Of a stretch of 64,000 nt of DNA, positions 47,035 through 56,588 are shown piece after piece; position 1 is the stretch's first letter; every line of letters begins with the position of its first letter. The notes below the pieces were generated by a model. That model made no database searches. It was not told where the DNA came from and saw only the letters and a list, made by a program, of their open reading frames with translations. The translations under genes and the position numbers were made by a program. This DNA comes from Candidatus Latescibacterota bacterium (GTDB taxonomy: Bacteria; Latescibacterota; UBA2968), in NCBI GenBank assembly GCA_965222605.1, contig OZ244960.1, forward strand, positions 2,208,001 to 2,272,000. The letters are read 5' to 3'.

Positions 47035-49548
47035 CTATCCCGGTGTACCTCCGTAGTAAAAAACAACCTCTCGCACCCTGGCCTCACCGCTGACCAGATC
47101 TTCAACAGTAATCTCCAATATATTCACGCCAGCTTTTGCCCTCCTCAGATCGAGTTCGACATATTCGTACTCAGACCGCTCCGTCCCCACCTGCTCGTAG
47201 GTCACCGACACCTGGGGTTTTCTCCGCTTGAAGAGCGAACGGAGCCCGGTCGTAATCACCCCGGCAATTCCCACAGTAGCTTCGGGCGTGAACCGCACCA
47301 GGTATTTCACCTTGTAACGGGTCTGACCGTAGTCATTCCGTTTCAGGTTATAGATCTCGAAATAGGCATAGACCTTCTGCTCCTTCGTGTATGTCCTGGA
47401 AGGCACCGGAATCACCCAGAGTTCGCCCTTCCGAAATCGGTCGTTCGTCCCTTCATCGCCAATTGAAGAAGCGAGCTGGATGCCGCTGACATGGAGGCCA
47501 TCCGATGCATAGTCCGAGACCTCTACAGATTGCTTATAGATCCCGGTGCGTCCCGAGGCCATGTCCTTGAGCTGAACCTGTAGCTCGTATTTCCCGGGAG
47601 GCACCTGAACCTGAAGCTGGTCGGGCACAAACACCCCCCTCGCCTGACTGAAACCCTTGCTATTCTGGTAAAAAAAATCATCTGTAGCACGGTAAATATG
47701 GGTGTAATCCTCGTTCATCAGGGCCATGGAGCTCTGCACCCGGATCATGAAGTCCTCGTCTCCCTTGACGATCTCCACCTCGCGGGGGGGAATACCGTAA
47801 TAGATCTCGAAATTGGTCTGCCCCTCGGAACCACGAAAATCGGCCAGATCGTAATAGAAATGCAACGCGGCACCTCGTATGCTCGGGCGATAATAATCGG
47901 GGGTTTGTGCAATAGTCCTCTGGAAGACCGTCTCGGGAGCATATTCGAGCATTCGCGCGGCATTTGCGAGCTTATTCTCTCCAGTGGAAATGGGAGGAAC
48001 CTGGGCAAACTCGTAGTCGCCGCTACCGAACTCATCGGTAAAGGTAAACTCCACACCTCCCTGGAGCTGGGTGTAGGTCCACGTCTCCCAGGGCACGGTT
48101 TCAGCGCTGCGTTCGACCGTCACAGGAGCGTAGTTTTCGAATGTGAGGCGGAGGTTTGGATTTCCCAACTCGTCCAACATACTCGTGGGATTCAGGCCGA
48201 GCATGTCGGCGTTGGCATCTCCTTCCGCTTCCGCCGGATCCGGACCCACGGTCTCTTCCAACTCCCCGGGCGCGTCGAAGGACTCCGTTGCGATATCGAA
48301 CCCTATATCGGGGCGACGAGGGCTGGATCGGATGGGAAAGACCGGCCCGGTAAAGGTTAAATACGTGGCGGCAGGACCATACAAGTCCACGGCCATCCGG
48401 GTACGCACCGCCTCGACCTCACGGCTCACGCTCAACTGCCTCTTACTGGAACGGTGGTCTGGCTCTCCGTAGCGAATGTAGACCTCTCCCCGCTTGTCCC
48501 ATGGGAATACCTTTTTGGAAAAAAAGGTGCGTGCGTACCAGACCCGGCGGTAATGTTCAATGATGCGCTCGTTGATCCGCGTCAGGATATCGGAATCCCG
48601 CCGCAGCCAGAATTTTTCCAGGTAGTCCAGACGCTCGGTACTGTCAGAGATCGCTTGATAGGCGTGAAATTCCCTCTCAGACGCAACGAGCGAGATGTCG
48701 GTATAGTGCTGGCGCTCCTGATCATCTACCTTCTGCAGATAGCGCTCGAACTGTTCTAAGGCGGTTTCATAGCGCTCTAAAAAGAAGTAGCCCTGGGCTA
48801 TTAAGGGAATCAGCCGGGTCTCTATGAGATGCGGTTTCAGGTGAGGCGTGAGGTATGTGTTGATCTTGCCGTACTGTTCGCCCTGCACACAGGCGAGCCC
48901 GAAGTAGTAAAGCCCATCCACATTGTCGGGCTCCAGCGCTACGTACTTTTCATAGTAGTGGACGGCTTTCTCGTGGTCCTGCCAGAAGCGCTCATAGAGT
49001 TCGCCCAAAAGCCGGTACGCCGGGGCATAAGTAGAATCAATCCTGATCGCCCGCCTGGCCTCGCCTCGAGCGCGCCTGGAGTTAAAGAAGGCATTGAGTC
49101 CCCTACCAGGGCCCTCCACATAAACCAGTCCGAGACCTACATAGGCATCGGGACGGTTTACATCCAGCTTTTTGGCCGTTTTGAAGGTCTTTTCGGCCGC
49201 CTTGAAGTCCCGATTTTTGAGGTAGGCGTAGCCAAGCCGAGAGCGAAGGGCGGCATCCTCCGGATAGGCCTCAACCAGCCGGGTGTAGGTGACGACCGCA
49301 TCGCCGGGCGCGCCTTCGAGCATCTGTTGCTCTCCCCAGGCAAGCAGAGTGTCCTTCTCGGCTTTGGAAAGCACCACCTTCTGCGTCGCTTCGGAAGGCT
49401 CCTGTTGTTCTGTTTCAGGCGTACCTTCTTCCCGGGCAGAAACGGAAGATACAAGGATCGTAATCCCTACCAAAAGGATCCAATTGCAGGGGGATTTGTT
49501 CCAGTTTCCCCAGTCTCGTAATCGACTCAATCCGGTCAAAGCATTCAT
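47035..49548 (-). CDS. TPR + GWxTD-domain protein (paralog of 32144-34564)
   Basis: FWLRRDSD, EHYRRVWYARTFF, WDKRGEVYIRYGEPD; long segments shared with the 32-kb paralog. Confidence 0.85.
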   Translation of the reverse strand: MNALTGLSRLRDWGNWNKSPCNWILLVGITILVSSVSAREEGTPETEQQEPSEATQKVVLSKAEKDTLLAWGEQQMLEGAPGDAVVTYTRLVEAYPEDAALRSRLGYAYLKNRDFKAAEKTFKTAKKLDVNRPDAYVGLGLVYVEGPGRGLNAFFNSRRARGEARRAIRIDSTYAPAYRLLGELYERFWQDHEKAVHYYEKYVALEPDNVDGLYYFGLACVQGEQYGKINTYLTPHLKPHLIETRLIPLIAQGYFFLERYETALEQFERYLQKVDDQERQHYTDISLVASEREFHAYQAISDSTERLDYLEKFWLRRDSDILTRINERIIEHYRRVWYARTFFSKKVFPWDKRGEVYIRYGEPDHRSSKRQLSVSREVEAVRTRMAVDLYGPAATYLTFTGPVFPIRSSPRRPDIGFDIATESFDAPGELEETVGPDPAEAEGDANADMLGLNPTSMLDELGNPNLRLTFENYAPVTVERSAETVPWETWTYTQLQGGVEFTFTDEFGSGDYEFAQVPPISTGENKLANAARMLEYAPETVFQRTIAQTPDYYRPSIRGAALHFYYDLADFRGSEGQTNFEIYYGIPPREVEIVKGDEDFMIRVQSSMALMNEDYTHIYRATDDFFYQNSKGFSQARGVFVPDQLQVQVPPGKYELQVQLKDMASGRTGIYKQSVEVSDYASDGLHVSGIQLASSIGDEGTNDRFRKGELWVIPVPSRTYTKEQKVYAYFEIYNLKRNDYGQTRYKVKYLVRFTPEATVGIAGVITTGLRSLFKRRKPQVSVTYEQVGTERSEYEYVELDLRRAKAGVNILEITVEDLVSGEARVREVVFYYGGTPG

Positions 49549-49604
49549 CGCACCCTTCTCCTTCGCGAATGACCTGGAGGCGCCCAGTACATCCAAATTC
49601 CGCT

Positions 49605-50528
49605 CTACTTTGCTTTTGAGGTGAGGCCCCATTCTTTGCGAAGTTCCCAAATGGATTTTCGATCTTCCAGAGGGGACTTGGGAATGACGTCGCCCGCGTC
49701 CTCTCCCATATGGCGATCGTCAATCGCTTCGGATGCGAGTTGATAACGGGTATCGCTGCTAAAGCGAAAATAATTGGACGTGTTTTTAAGCGAGGCGTGC
49801 ATGAAATACATGCCGAAGATGACGACATCACCCGCGTTAAAAGGGGTGGACGCCCAGCGGACACCCAGAGTTTTCATAACGTCATCGGGATCGGTGGAAA
49901 ACGCGCCCCCATCCAGATCTTGATGCGCGTCCATCGCGCCGTAAGTATTTTTGAGATGCTGGATCTTGTGGGAGCCTAAACAGAGGGCAAGCGGGCCCAT
50001 GTCCAGAGATATATCGCCGAGCGCGGTCCACATCGTGTAGAGGTTTTTGGTGCCAGCACCCATATAGACCACATCGTAATGCGCCCCCGCATTCTGACCT
50101 CGGCAGATCACGCGGAGCCATTTGTGGTCAAATGAAAGAACGGGGCCGCCCATGAAGCGTTCGAAGAAGTCCAGGGTATTTTTGCCTTCAACGATTTCGA
50201 GAAATCCCGACCATTGTTTCACAAGTCGATCCGGAAAGCGGGGACGGCGATTTTCGCCAATCACTGCCTTGTCCAGAGGCGTGTCCGGGGCAAGGAGATT
50301 CTGGGCGGCCATGTTTTCCAGAATTTCTCGCCGGGCATTTTGAATTTGCTGCCGCGTATGAAAGTTGCGAATGATGAGATAGCCGTCTTCTTCGATGCGC
50401 TGGTGGAGAGCCTCGGTATCGTCGAGCAGATGGGTGGCTTCCCTGGGGGTGAAAATAGTTTCGCCAAAGACGAGTTCGCGCCCAGACATCGAAACCCGGG
50501 TGCCGTCGGGAATGTTAAAAGTGGACAT
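49605..50528 (-). CDS. PhyH-family Fe(II)/2OG dioxygenase
   Basis: AHYDVVYMG, WTALGD, GDVVIF..Y.MHAS..N, SSDTRYQ. Confidence 0.88.
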   Translation of the reverse strand: MSTFNIPDGTRVSMSGRELVFGETIFTPREATHLLDDTEALHQRIEEDGYLIIRNFHTRQQIQNARREILENMAAQNLLAPDTPLDKAVIGENRRPRFPDRLVKQWSGFLEIVEGKNTLDFFERFMGGPVLSFDHKWLRVICRGQNAGAHYDVVYMGAGTKNLYTMWTALGDISLDMGPLALCLGSHKIQHLKNTYGAMDAHQDLDGGAFSTDPDDVMKTLGVRWASTPFNAGDVVIFGMYFMHASLKNTSNYFRFSSDTRYQLASEAIDDRHMGEDAGDVIPKSPLEDRKSIWELRKEWGLTSKAK

Positions 50529-50605
50529 GAGTGTCCTCCTTAGAGATTATAGAGAGTTCCTGAGGATCATTGATTCTTCTTCGACTAACATCACATCAAC
50601 CGGGC

Positions 50606-50733
50606 GGACGAGACGACGGCAAACACTAATCATACTCTATCCAGAGCTGTAAGTCGCAAAGGATGAGCGCGTCACCGCCTGGCGGCCGCTTTGCGAAGGG
50701 CCTTGATTTGCGCATCTGAGAGTGCCATCAGTT
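50606..50733 (-). pseudogene. Internally deleted, out-of-frame remnant of GHL10-like paralog A (39327-40859)
   Basis: 50606-50684 matches 39307-39385 (71/79 nt); 50681-50733 matches 40812-40864 (50/53 nt); junction at shared GGCG. Confidence 0.88.
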
Positions 50734-50756
50734 CGATCTCTTTCTTTTGACTCTAC

Positions 50757-52322
50757 CTATTGGAGGTAGCGAACCCATACCCGCAGGTCGTTTAGAGTCA
50801 GACGTGAAGAGGCTGCGCCCGAGATGCGGATGCGATTCAGCCCCCACGCAACGAGTTCCAAAGGAATATCGCACAGCAGCCACTGCCCGGGACACGGCAT
50901 GGCGACGACCTTTCCCATCTGGTCGTAAAAGTCGGGCCCCTCTCCCGATTCTGCGGCCAGTGCGCCGTCTGCCATCAGAACGTCGTTAAAGGCCAGATCG
51001 ACGTCAGAGACCCTCTTTATGCCGCCCAGATGGAGACCCAGCCTGACGGATGGGACAGGTCCTCCCTCAGCGGGCGCACGGAGATCGTCGTCGATGCGCA
51101 ATTCTACCGTGCGGGAGGCGCCGCGTTCCAGCACCACAGGACTTTTGGGCGAAAACCCACCCGGTCGGGAAAAGTGTCTGTCTCCCCCCTTCAACCAGTA
51201 TCCGGCCGCGTCGTACTCGCAGGTTGGGTTTGGAACATACATCTTGTCCTTTCCCGCAAGCCCTTCGGGGCCGTGAAGATCGCGCAGGATATCGAACGAG
51301 AGTGTACCTGGTGTGTACATGAAGTTGAACAGGAAGATACCGTCTGCGCCGGACGACCACGCGGTAAGGACTCGGGCGCGCCAGGCCTCCACTGAGTTGT
51401 AGCCCCCATTTTCGGTCGCGCGGGATTCGTCCAGTCCGGCCCAGAACTGACACCCATATCGGTGGGCGATCTCCACGGCCTCCTCCCAGTCTCGAAGGAC
51501 AAAGTATCCACCCCCAATCCAGATGTCGATCAGGTCCTGGCGCATCCACTCCGCCACGTCCAGACCGAGCGCACGCGAGTAGGCCGTCGAATCCGGGGTT
51601 CGGGCGGCGAACAGGATCGGGCGGCCCCGTTCGCGTCCGACCGATTCGGTCATCTCCCGGATGCGGCGGAAAAGTCCGGTCATCATTTCCCGCTCCTCGT
51701 CGGTCGCCTCCCCTCCCCAGGCAGTGGATCGAAAACAAGTCGGGTGCCGGAAAAAGTCGAGCTTGATGCCGTCCAGGTCGTAGCGACAGCAGACTTCCTC
51801 GAGAATCCGAAACACCTGTTCTCGAACCTCGTCGAACGAAAAGTCCAGAGCGCTCCAGCGCCCATGGGGCGACTCTTCCCGACGTGTTCCGACCAGAAAT
51901 GCCGTGCGCTCCTGTTTCCAGGGGTTGCTGTTCCAGCGCTTCCAGCCGTGTTCGGTGTCCATCGCGTCGTGGGTGTCGTTCATGCGCATGGCCCAGAACG
52001 CCTCGAAGCCATTCTTGCGGCAAAAATCGATGTAGACCTCGAGTCCGTCGGGGCCGTCGCCGTAGACTTCCGCTATGTGACCGCGCGGCCATTCCTGGGC
52101 GACCTGAGAGCGGTAGAGCCTGGCCACGTTGAACTGATGCACCAGGGAGTAAGTCAGGGTATCAACCGGCATGCCGGTAAGGTAGGGAAAGATGCACTCA
52201 TACGTTTCGATCACACCTCCGTCCTTGCCCATGTGCATGCCGTCTGAATGCACGACGAGGCGTCGCTTGCGCCCGGCGGCCCCTTTGCGGAGAGCCTTGA
52301 TTTGCGCATCTGAGAGTGCCAT
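50757..52322 (-). CDS. GHL10/DUF187-like putative glycoside hydrolase (paralog B)
   Basis: MALSDAQIKALRK..AGRKRR, MRMNDTHD, YDLDGIKLDFFRHP, GADGIFLFN. Confidence 0.65.
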   Translation of the reverse strand: MALSDAQIKALRKGAAGRKRRLVVHSDGMHMGKDGGVIETYECIFPYLTGMPVDTLTYSLVHQFNVARLYRSQVAQEWPRGHIAEVYGDGPDGLEVYIDFCRKNGFEAFWAMRMNDTHDAMDTEHGWKRWNSNPWKQERTAFLVGTRREESPHGRWSALDFSFDEVREQVFRILEEVCCRYDLDGIKLDFFRHPTCFRSTAWGGEATDEEREMMTGLFRRIREMTESVGRERGRPILFAARTPDSTAYSRALGLDVAEWMRQDLIDIWIGGGYFVLRDWEEAVEIAHRYGCQFWAGLDESRATENGGYNSVEAWRARVLTAWSSGADGIFLFNFMYTPGTLSFDILRDLHGPEGLAGKDKMYVPNPTCEYDAAGYWLKGGDRHFSRPGGFSPKSPVVLERGASRTVELRIDDDLRAPAEGGPVPSVRLGLHLGGIKRVSDVDLAFNDVLMADGALAAESGEGPDFYDQMGKVVAMPCPGQWLLCDIPLELVAWGLNRIRISGAASSRLTLNDLRVWVRYLQ

Positions 52323-52471
52323 CAGTTCGACCTCGTTTCTTTTCAAAGACTACCTTCAAAAGTATTCGGAGACCGGGGGAAAGTCAACTCTAACCTGAGC
52401 CGATTCCCGAGTAAACGACCATCCGCGCAGCATTATCGTTTTCCGTGAGCGGTCACCGCCACCGCGAATAA

Positions 52472-54037
52472 TCACCCCGCACAATGCCTTTCCCAGGCAT
52501 CATACATCTCGGCCATCTCTTTCACCAGGTCCGGGTATTGATCCGCAAGGTCATTCACCTCTGTTCGATCAACCTCCATATCGTAAAGCTCCCAAAGCGA
52601 ATTCGGGTCCGGCTGCGCTTTTTGTTCTGACCTTGCCTCTCTTTCAGGACGCCAGGGATTGTAATCTCTCCAATAATCAGGAGAGACGAGTTTCCATTTT
52701 CCCATTCTCACGGCACGCCAGAGGGCGATCTCACTATACTGATTCCAGTACAGCGCCCTGTGGCCCTCGCGCTGTTCGCCCCTGAAGACCGGCAGCAGGC
52801 TCTTGCCTTCAAGGGGCAGGACGCCTTTGCGGGAGGACGGGTATTCCGCTCCTGCAATATCTGTACAGGTGGCCATAACATCGATGAGGTGGCCGATCTG
52901 ATGGGTGATCTCGCCCCCGTTTTGAATCACGCGCGGCCAGTGTGCGATGAGCGGTGTAGAGATGCCACCCTCGTGATTCCACCGCTTGAATTTGCGAAAA
53001 GGCGTATTGCTGAGATTGGCCCAGGGCAGATCCACCGTACGGTACGACGCCACGGGACCGGGTGGAATATCGGGCGTGCTGGTCCTGTCTTCATCGCTGG
53101 CACCGTTGTCGGACAGAAACAGCACGAGGGTGTTTTCCTCTATACCGAGTTCGCGGAGTTTGGCCTGAAGGCGCCCGACGTTCTGGTCCACGCGGTCAAT
53201 CATGGCCGCGTAAACGGCCATCTTCAGATCCCAGGCATCTCGATCCTCAATCCCCTCCCACGACAGCGAGTCCGGATCGCGCGCCGAGAGGGCCCACCGC
53301 TCGTCAATCAGACCCATCTCGACCATGCGTTCGAGGCGCTGCTCCCTCAGTCTATCCCAACCGGCTTTGTATTTGCCCTTATACTTTGCGATATCCCTCG
53401 GCCAGGCGTGCAGGGGGTAGTGCGGCGCAGTATAGGCCACGTACAGGAAGAAAGGTCTGTCTTCTCGCCCGTACTCGTCCAGGTATCCAAGGGCGTAATC
53501 GGTGAACGCGTCGGTGGTGTAGAAGTCCTTATCTTCGGGTGTGTAGGGCTGGATGACCCTGCCGTCGATGGCAAATGCGGGATTGTCATCCAGAAATTTT
53601 TCACCGGGCTGTTCTTCACCGGGTCGTTGCAGACCCGGGTTAAAGAAGTTGCAGCATCCGTCAACGAGGCCGTAATAGCGGTCGAAACCCCGTTCGACGG
53701 GTAATCCAGAAAAGAGCCCGGACAGATGCCATTTTCCCGCCATGAGGGTGCGGTAGCCGGCAGCCTTGAGTACCTCGGCGATAGTGACACAGCCCTTCGG
53801 CCCTCCCTTGCTGACTTGCTGGGAGTAAAGCCCGGTCAGCAGAGACGCCCGCGTGGGTGCGCACAGGGCATTGTTGTAAAACTGGGTAAAGCGAAGGCCG
53901 TTTGAGGCAAGCCGGTCGAGGTTGGGAGTGCGGATCTCGCCGCCATAGCATCCCAGGTCGGAAAAGCCCATGTCATCGACCATAATCAAGAGAATATTCG
54001 GTCTTGAGCTATTTTCCATCGATCTACTCGAGTTCAT
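52472..54037 (-). CDS. Arylsulfatase (Cys-type, S1 family)
   Basis: PNILLIMVDDMG, CAPTRASLLTG, GKWHL, SDNG. Confidence 0.93.
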   Translation of the reverse strand: MNSSRSMENSSRPNILLIMVDDMGFSDLGCYGGEIRTPNLDRLASNGLRFTQFYNNALCAPTRASLLTGLYSQQVSKGGPKGCVTIAEVLKAAGYRTLMAGKWHLSGLFSGLPVERGFDRYYGLVDGCCNFFNPGLQRPGEEQPGEKFLDDNPAFAIDGRVIQPYTPEDKDFYTTDAFTDYALGYLDEYGREDRPFFLYVAYTAPHYPLHAWPRDIAKYKGKYKAGWDRLREQRLERMVEMGLIDERWALSARDPDSLSWEGIEDRDAWDLKMAVYAAMIDRVDQNVGRLQAKLRELGIEENTLVLFLSDNGASDEDRTSTPDIPPGPVASYRTVDLPWANLSNTPFRKFKRWNHEGGISTPLIAHWPRVIQNGGEITHQIGHLIDVMATCTDIAGAEYPSSRKGVLPLEGKSLLPVFRGEQREGHRALYWNQYSEIALWRAVRMGKWKLVSPDYWRDYNPWRPEREARSEQKAQPDPNSLWELYDMEVDRTEVNDLADQYPDLVKEMAEMYDAWERHCAG

Positions 54038-54049
54038 CAGGTATCTCCT

Positions 54050-55495
54050 TTAAAAACTCATTGTTTGCGGAGGGCCGGGGTCCATCGCCAACACACGGGC
54101 GTCAAAGTTTTTTTTCAAAAGCTGCAGCTTCAGGTCCCGGTATTCCGGATTCTGCCACAGGTCGATAAATTCCCAGGGGTCGTTTTCCAGATCGTAGAGT
54201 TCGCCCAGGTCGTCGTGATCAGCACTGTGGTAGGCCACGATCTTCCACCGGTCATCCCGGTACATCGTCGCGTGTACGGGGCTGGATGGCCTGTGGTCGA
54301 AGTATTCAGACCGCACAAATTCCCGGTGCTTATCCGGTTCTGCACGCCCGGTCAGAATGGGCAGCAACGACTTTCCCTGCGTGCGCTCGGGAATCGGCAG
54401 TCCAGCAAGGTCCAGCAAGGTGGGCGCGATGTCAATGAGTTCGACCAGGGCCGAGCTGCGCATACCGCACCGGAAGTGTTCGGGCCACGACCAGATGAGG
54501 GGGACGTGTACTCCGCCTTCGTAGAAGCGGCAACCCTTCAGGACCAGGCCGTGGTCCCCGAGCATTTCACCGTGGTCGCTGGTGAAGAGCACGACCGTGT
54601 TTTCGCGCTGTGCGGTTTCGTCCAGAAAGCTCAGGATGCGTCCGAACTGGTCATCTACCAGCGCGACCATGGCGCAGTATGCAGCATACAGGGCCCGGGC
54701 GTTTCTCTCATCGGGGGGAAGAGAGCGAGTCTGGAAACGCACGCCCGCCTCCGCCAGCCCGTCCTGGTGGGCGATATCGCTTTCGCGGAAGTGTGGGAAG
54801 GGCATGGCGGCGGGATCGAACCGACGATAGTATTCCCAGGGCGGGTTAAAGGGTTTGTGGGGGTAGAAGACATTCACGCACAGCATCCAGGGAGCCTGTG
54901 CCTGGCCGATAAACTCAAGGGCTTTCTCCGTACACCAGGTAGTCTGGTGCAGGTCGGGTGGTACGTTGTCGCGTTCGGGTGTTGGGGCCATGACGCGGTC
55001 CATCTTCCGGTGCGGGAGCCTGACGACTTCGGCGGGATCCAGACCTTTTTTACTCAGCCAATCGGCGTAGTCATCCTGGTCGGGCGACAGTGGGTTAACT
55101 GAAGTGTGGTTCCACTTGAAGTACCTGAACCCGTCGTCGGCGCGGGATTCGCGCCTGTTCTTGCTCCCCGCCAGATGCAGTTTTCCAACCAGCCCGCAAT
55201 CGTATCCAGCCTCCGCCAGCAAGCGGCTCACGAGCGTGGCCTCGGCTTCTTTGGGAAAGTAGTCGTTGCCGTTGTAATTGACGTGTACTGCACTGGGATA
55301 TCGCCCGGTCATAAAGCTGGCACGGCTCGGGGCGCAAATAGGATGCTGGCAGTAGGCGCGCGTGAAGGCCACGCCATCGGATACCAGCCGGTCGAGTGCT
55401 GGGGTGCGAGCGTGGGGATTGCCCAGCACGCCGATGGTGTCGAAGCGCTGTTGGTCGGTGCAGTACCACAGGATATTTGGCAGACGGTCTGGCAT
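54050..55495 (-). CDS. Sulfatase (Cys-type, choline-sulfatase-like)
   Basis: PNILWYCTDQQR, CAPSRASFMTG, GKLHL, TSDHGEMLGDHG. Confidence 0.93.
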   Translation of the reverse strand: MPDRLPNILWYCTDQQRFDTIGVLGNPHARTPALDRLVSDGVAFTRAYCQHPICAPSRASFMTGRYPSAVHVNYNGNDYFPKEAEATLVSRLLAEAGYDCGLVGKLHLAGSKNRRESRADDGFRYFKWNHTSVNPLSPDQDDYADWLSKKGLDPAEVVRLPHRKMDRVMAPTPERDNVPPDLHQTTWCTEKALEFIGQAQAPWMLCVNVFYPHKPFNPPWEYYRRFDPAAMPFPHFRESDIAHQDGLAEAGVRFQTRSLPPDERNARALYAAYCAMVALVDDQFGRILSFLDETAQRENTVVLFTSDHGEMLGDHGLVLKGCRFYEGGVHVPLIWSWPEHFRCGMRSSALVELIDIAPTLLDLAGLPIPERTQGKSLLPILTGRAEPDKHREFVRSEYFDHRPSSPVHATMYRDDRWKIVAYHSADHDDLGELYDLENDPWEFIDLWQNPEYRDLKLQLLKKNFDARVLAMDPGPPQTMSF

Positions 55496-55521
55496 TGTGT
55501 TTTCTCCTATTAATCGGAAGC

Positions 55522-56511
55522 TCAGTCGATATCCATCTCGCTAGCCCGCAAAATGGCTTCGTGGACGGCGAGGTCGTGGGCCGAGTTCCAACGGAGTTCC
55601 TTTTCGCCCTGAATGACTTTCGCCAGGTCAAAAAAGTCCCCGTGATAACGCCCGTCCAGCATTTCTAATTCCACTGTCTGGTAGCCTTCACGAAATTCAC
55701 CGAGGGGTTTATCCAGGGAAAATTGAAGTTTCGGCGGTTCGAGTGGATCGATTACCACAGCGCCATTCTCGCCAATGACCTCGAACTTCCGGCGTCCGTG
55801 TGGGTCGATATGGTTGCTTCGGATGGTAGCGGCTGCCGTCGGATACCGGAACACGGCAAGCTGGTTGTCTGCCAGGCTGTCCTTGTCCGGACGTGAGCGA
55901 TAGGTGAATGTTTCGACCCCTTGCGGCGGGCCCAGAACGGTAACCATCTGATCGATGATATGGCAGCCGAGCTCGAACATGCCGCCGCCCGGGAACTGCC
56001 CTATTTCGATGCGCGCGGAATCGCTCGCGAGTTTTCCGATCATGCCGTTGAGCTCGGTAATGGATCCGAGCCAACCGTTATCGACCGCTTTGAAGAGAAA
56101 CTCGAAGCCGGGGTTATACCGAAACATATATCCCATCTGGATCGTCAACCCGGCTTTATCGGCGGTGGCGTGTAACCGGCGGAGGGCGCTCATGGAAGGG
56201 CCAGCCGGTTTGTCCAGGTGGACGTGCAGGCCTGCCTCGAGGCAGCGCTGGGCGGTAGAAACGAGTTCGCCTACGTCGGTTTCAACGGCGACGACTTTGA
56301 GGCCCTCGGTACTGAGCAACTGGTCCTCCGTCAGCCAGTTTGCTTCCTCATAGGCAGGGTGCGCTGCCATTTCATTCTGCCTCTTTTCGTCCGCTTCGAC
56401 GATGCCGGCTACTTCGTAAAGTTGGTTCAGTTCCCGCATTGTTTGGAACTTACCGGTGGCATGAGCGTGTTTTGTGCCGATTTGACCGATGCGTATTCTG
56501 TTCGTGTCCAT
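55522..56511 (-). CDS. Gfo/Idh/MocA-family oxidoreductase
   Basis: IGQIG..HAH, HVHLDKP, GYMFRYNP, GGMFELGCHIID. Confidence 0.9.
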   Translation of the reverse strand: MDTNRIRIGQIGTKHAHATGKFQTMRELNQLYEVAGIVEADEKRQNEMAAHPAYEEANWLTEDQLLSTEGLKVVAVETDVGELVSTAQRCLEAGLHVHLDKPAGPSMSALRRLHATADKAGLTIQMGYMFRYNPGFEFLFKAVDNGWLGSITELNGMIGKLASDSARIEIGQFPGGGMFELGCHIIDQMVTVLGPPQGVETFTYRSRPDKDSLADNQLAVFRYPTAAATIRSNHIDPHGRRKFEVIGENGAVVIDPLEPPKLQFSLDKPLGEFREGYQTVELEMLDGRYHGDFFDLAKVIQGEKELRWNSAHDLAVHEAILRASEMDID

Positions 56512-56588
56512 GATGCTGAATACCTCCTCTGGTGCATTAATTTCCCAGGATTGCTTATCCGACGAACGATAAGCTGTTTCCTTTCTCT

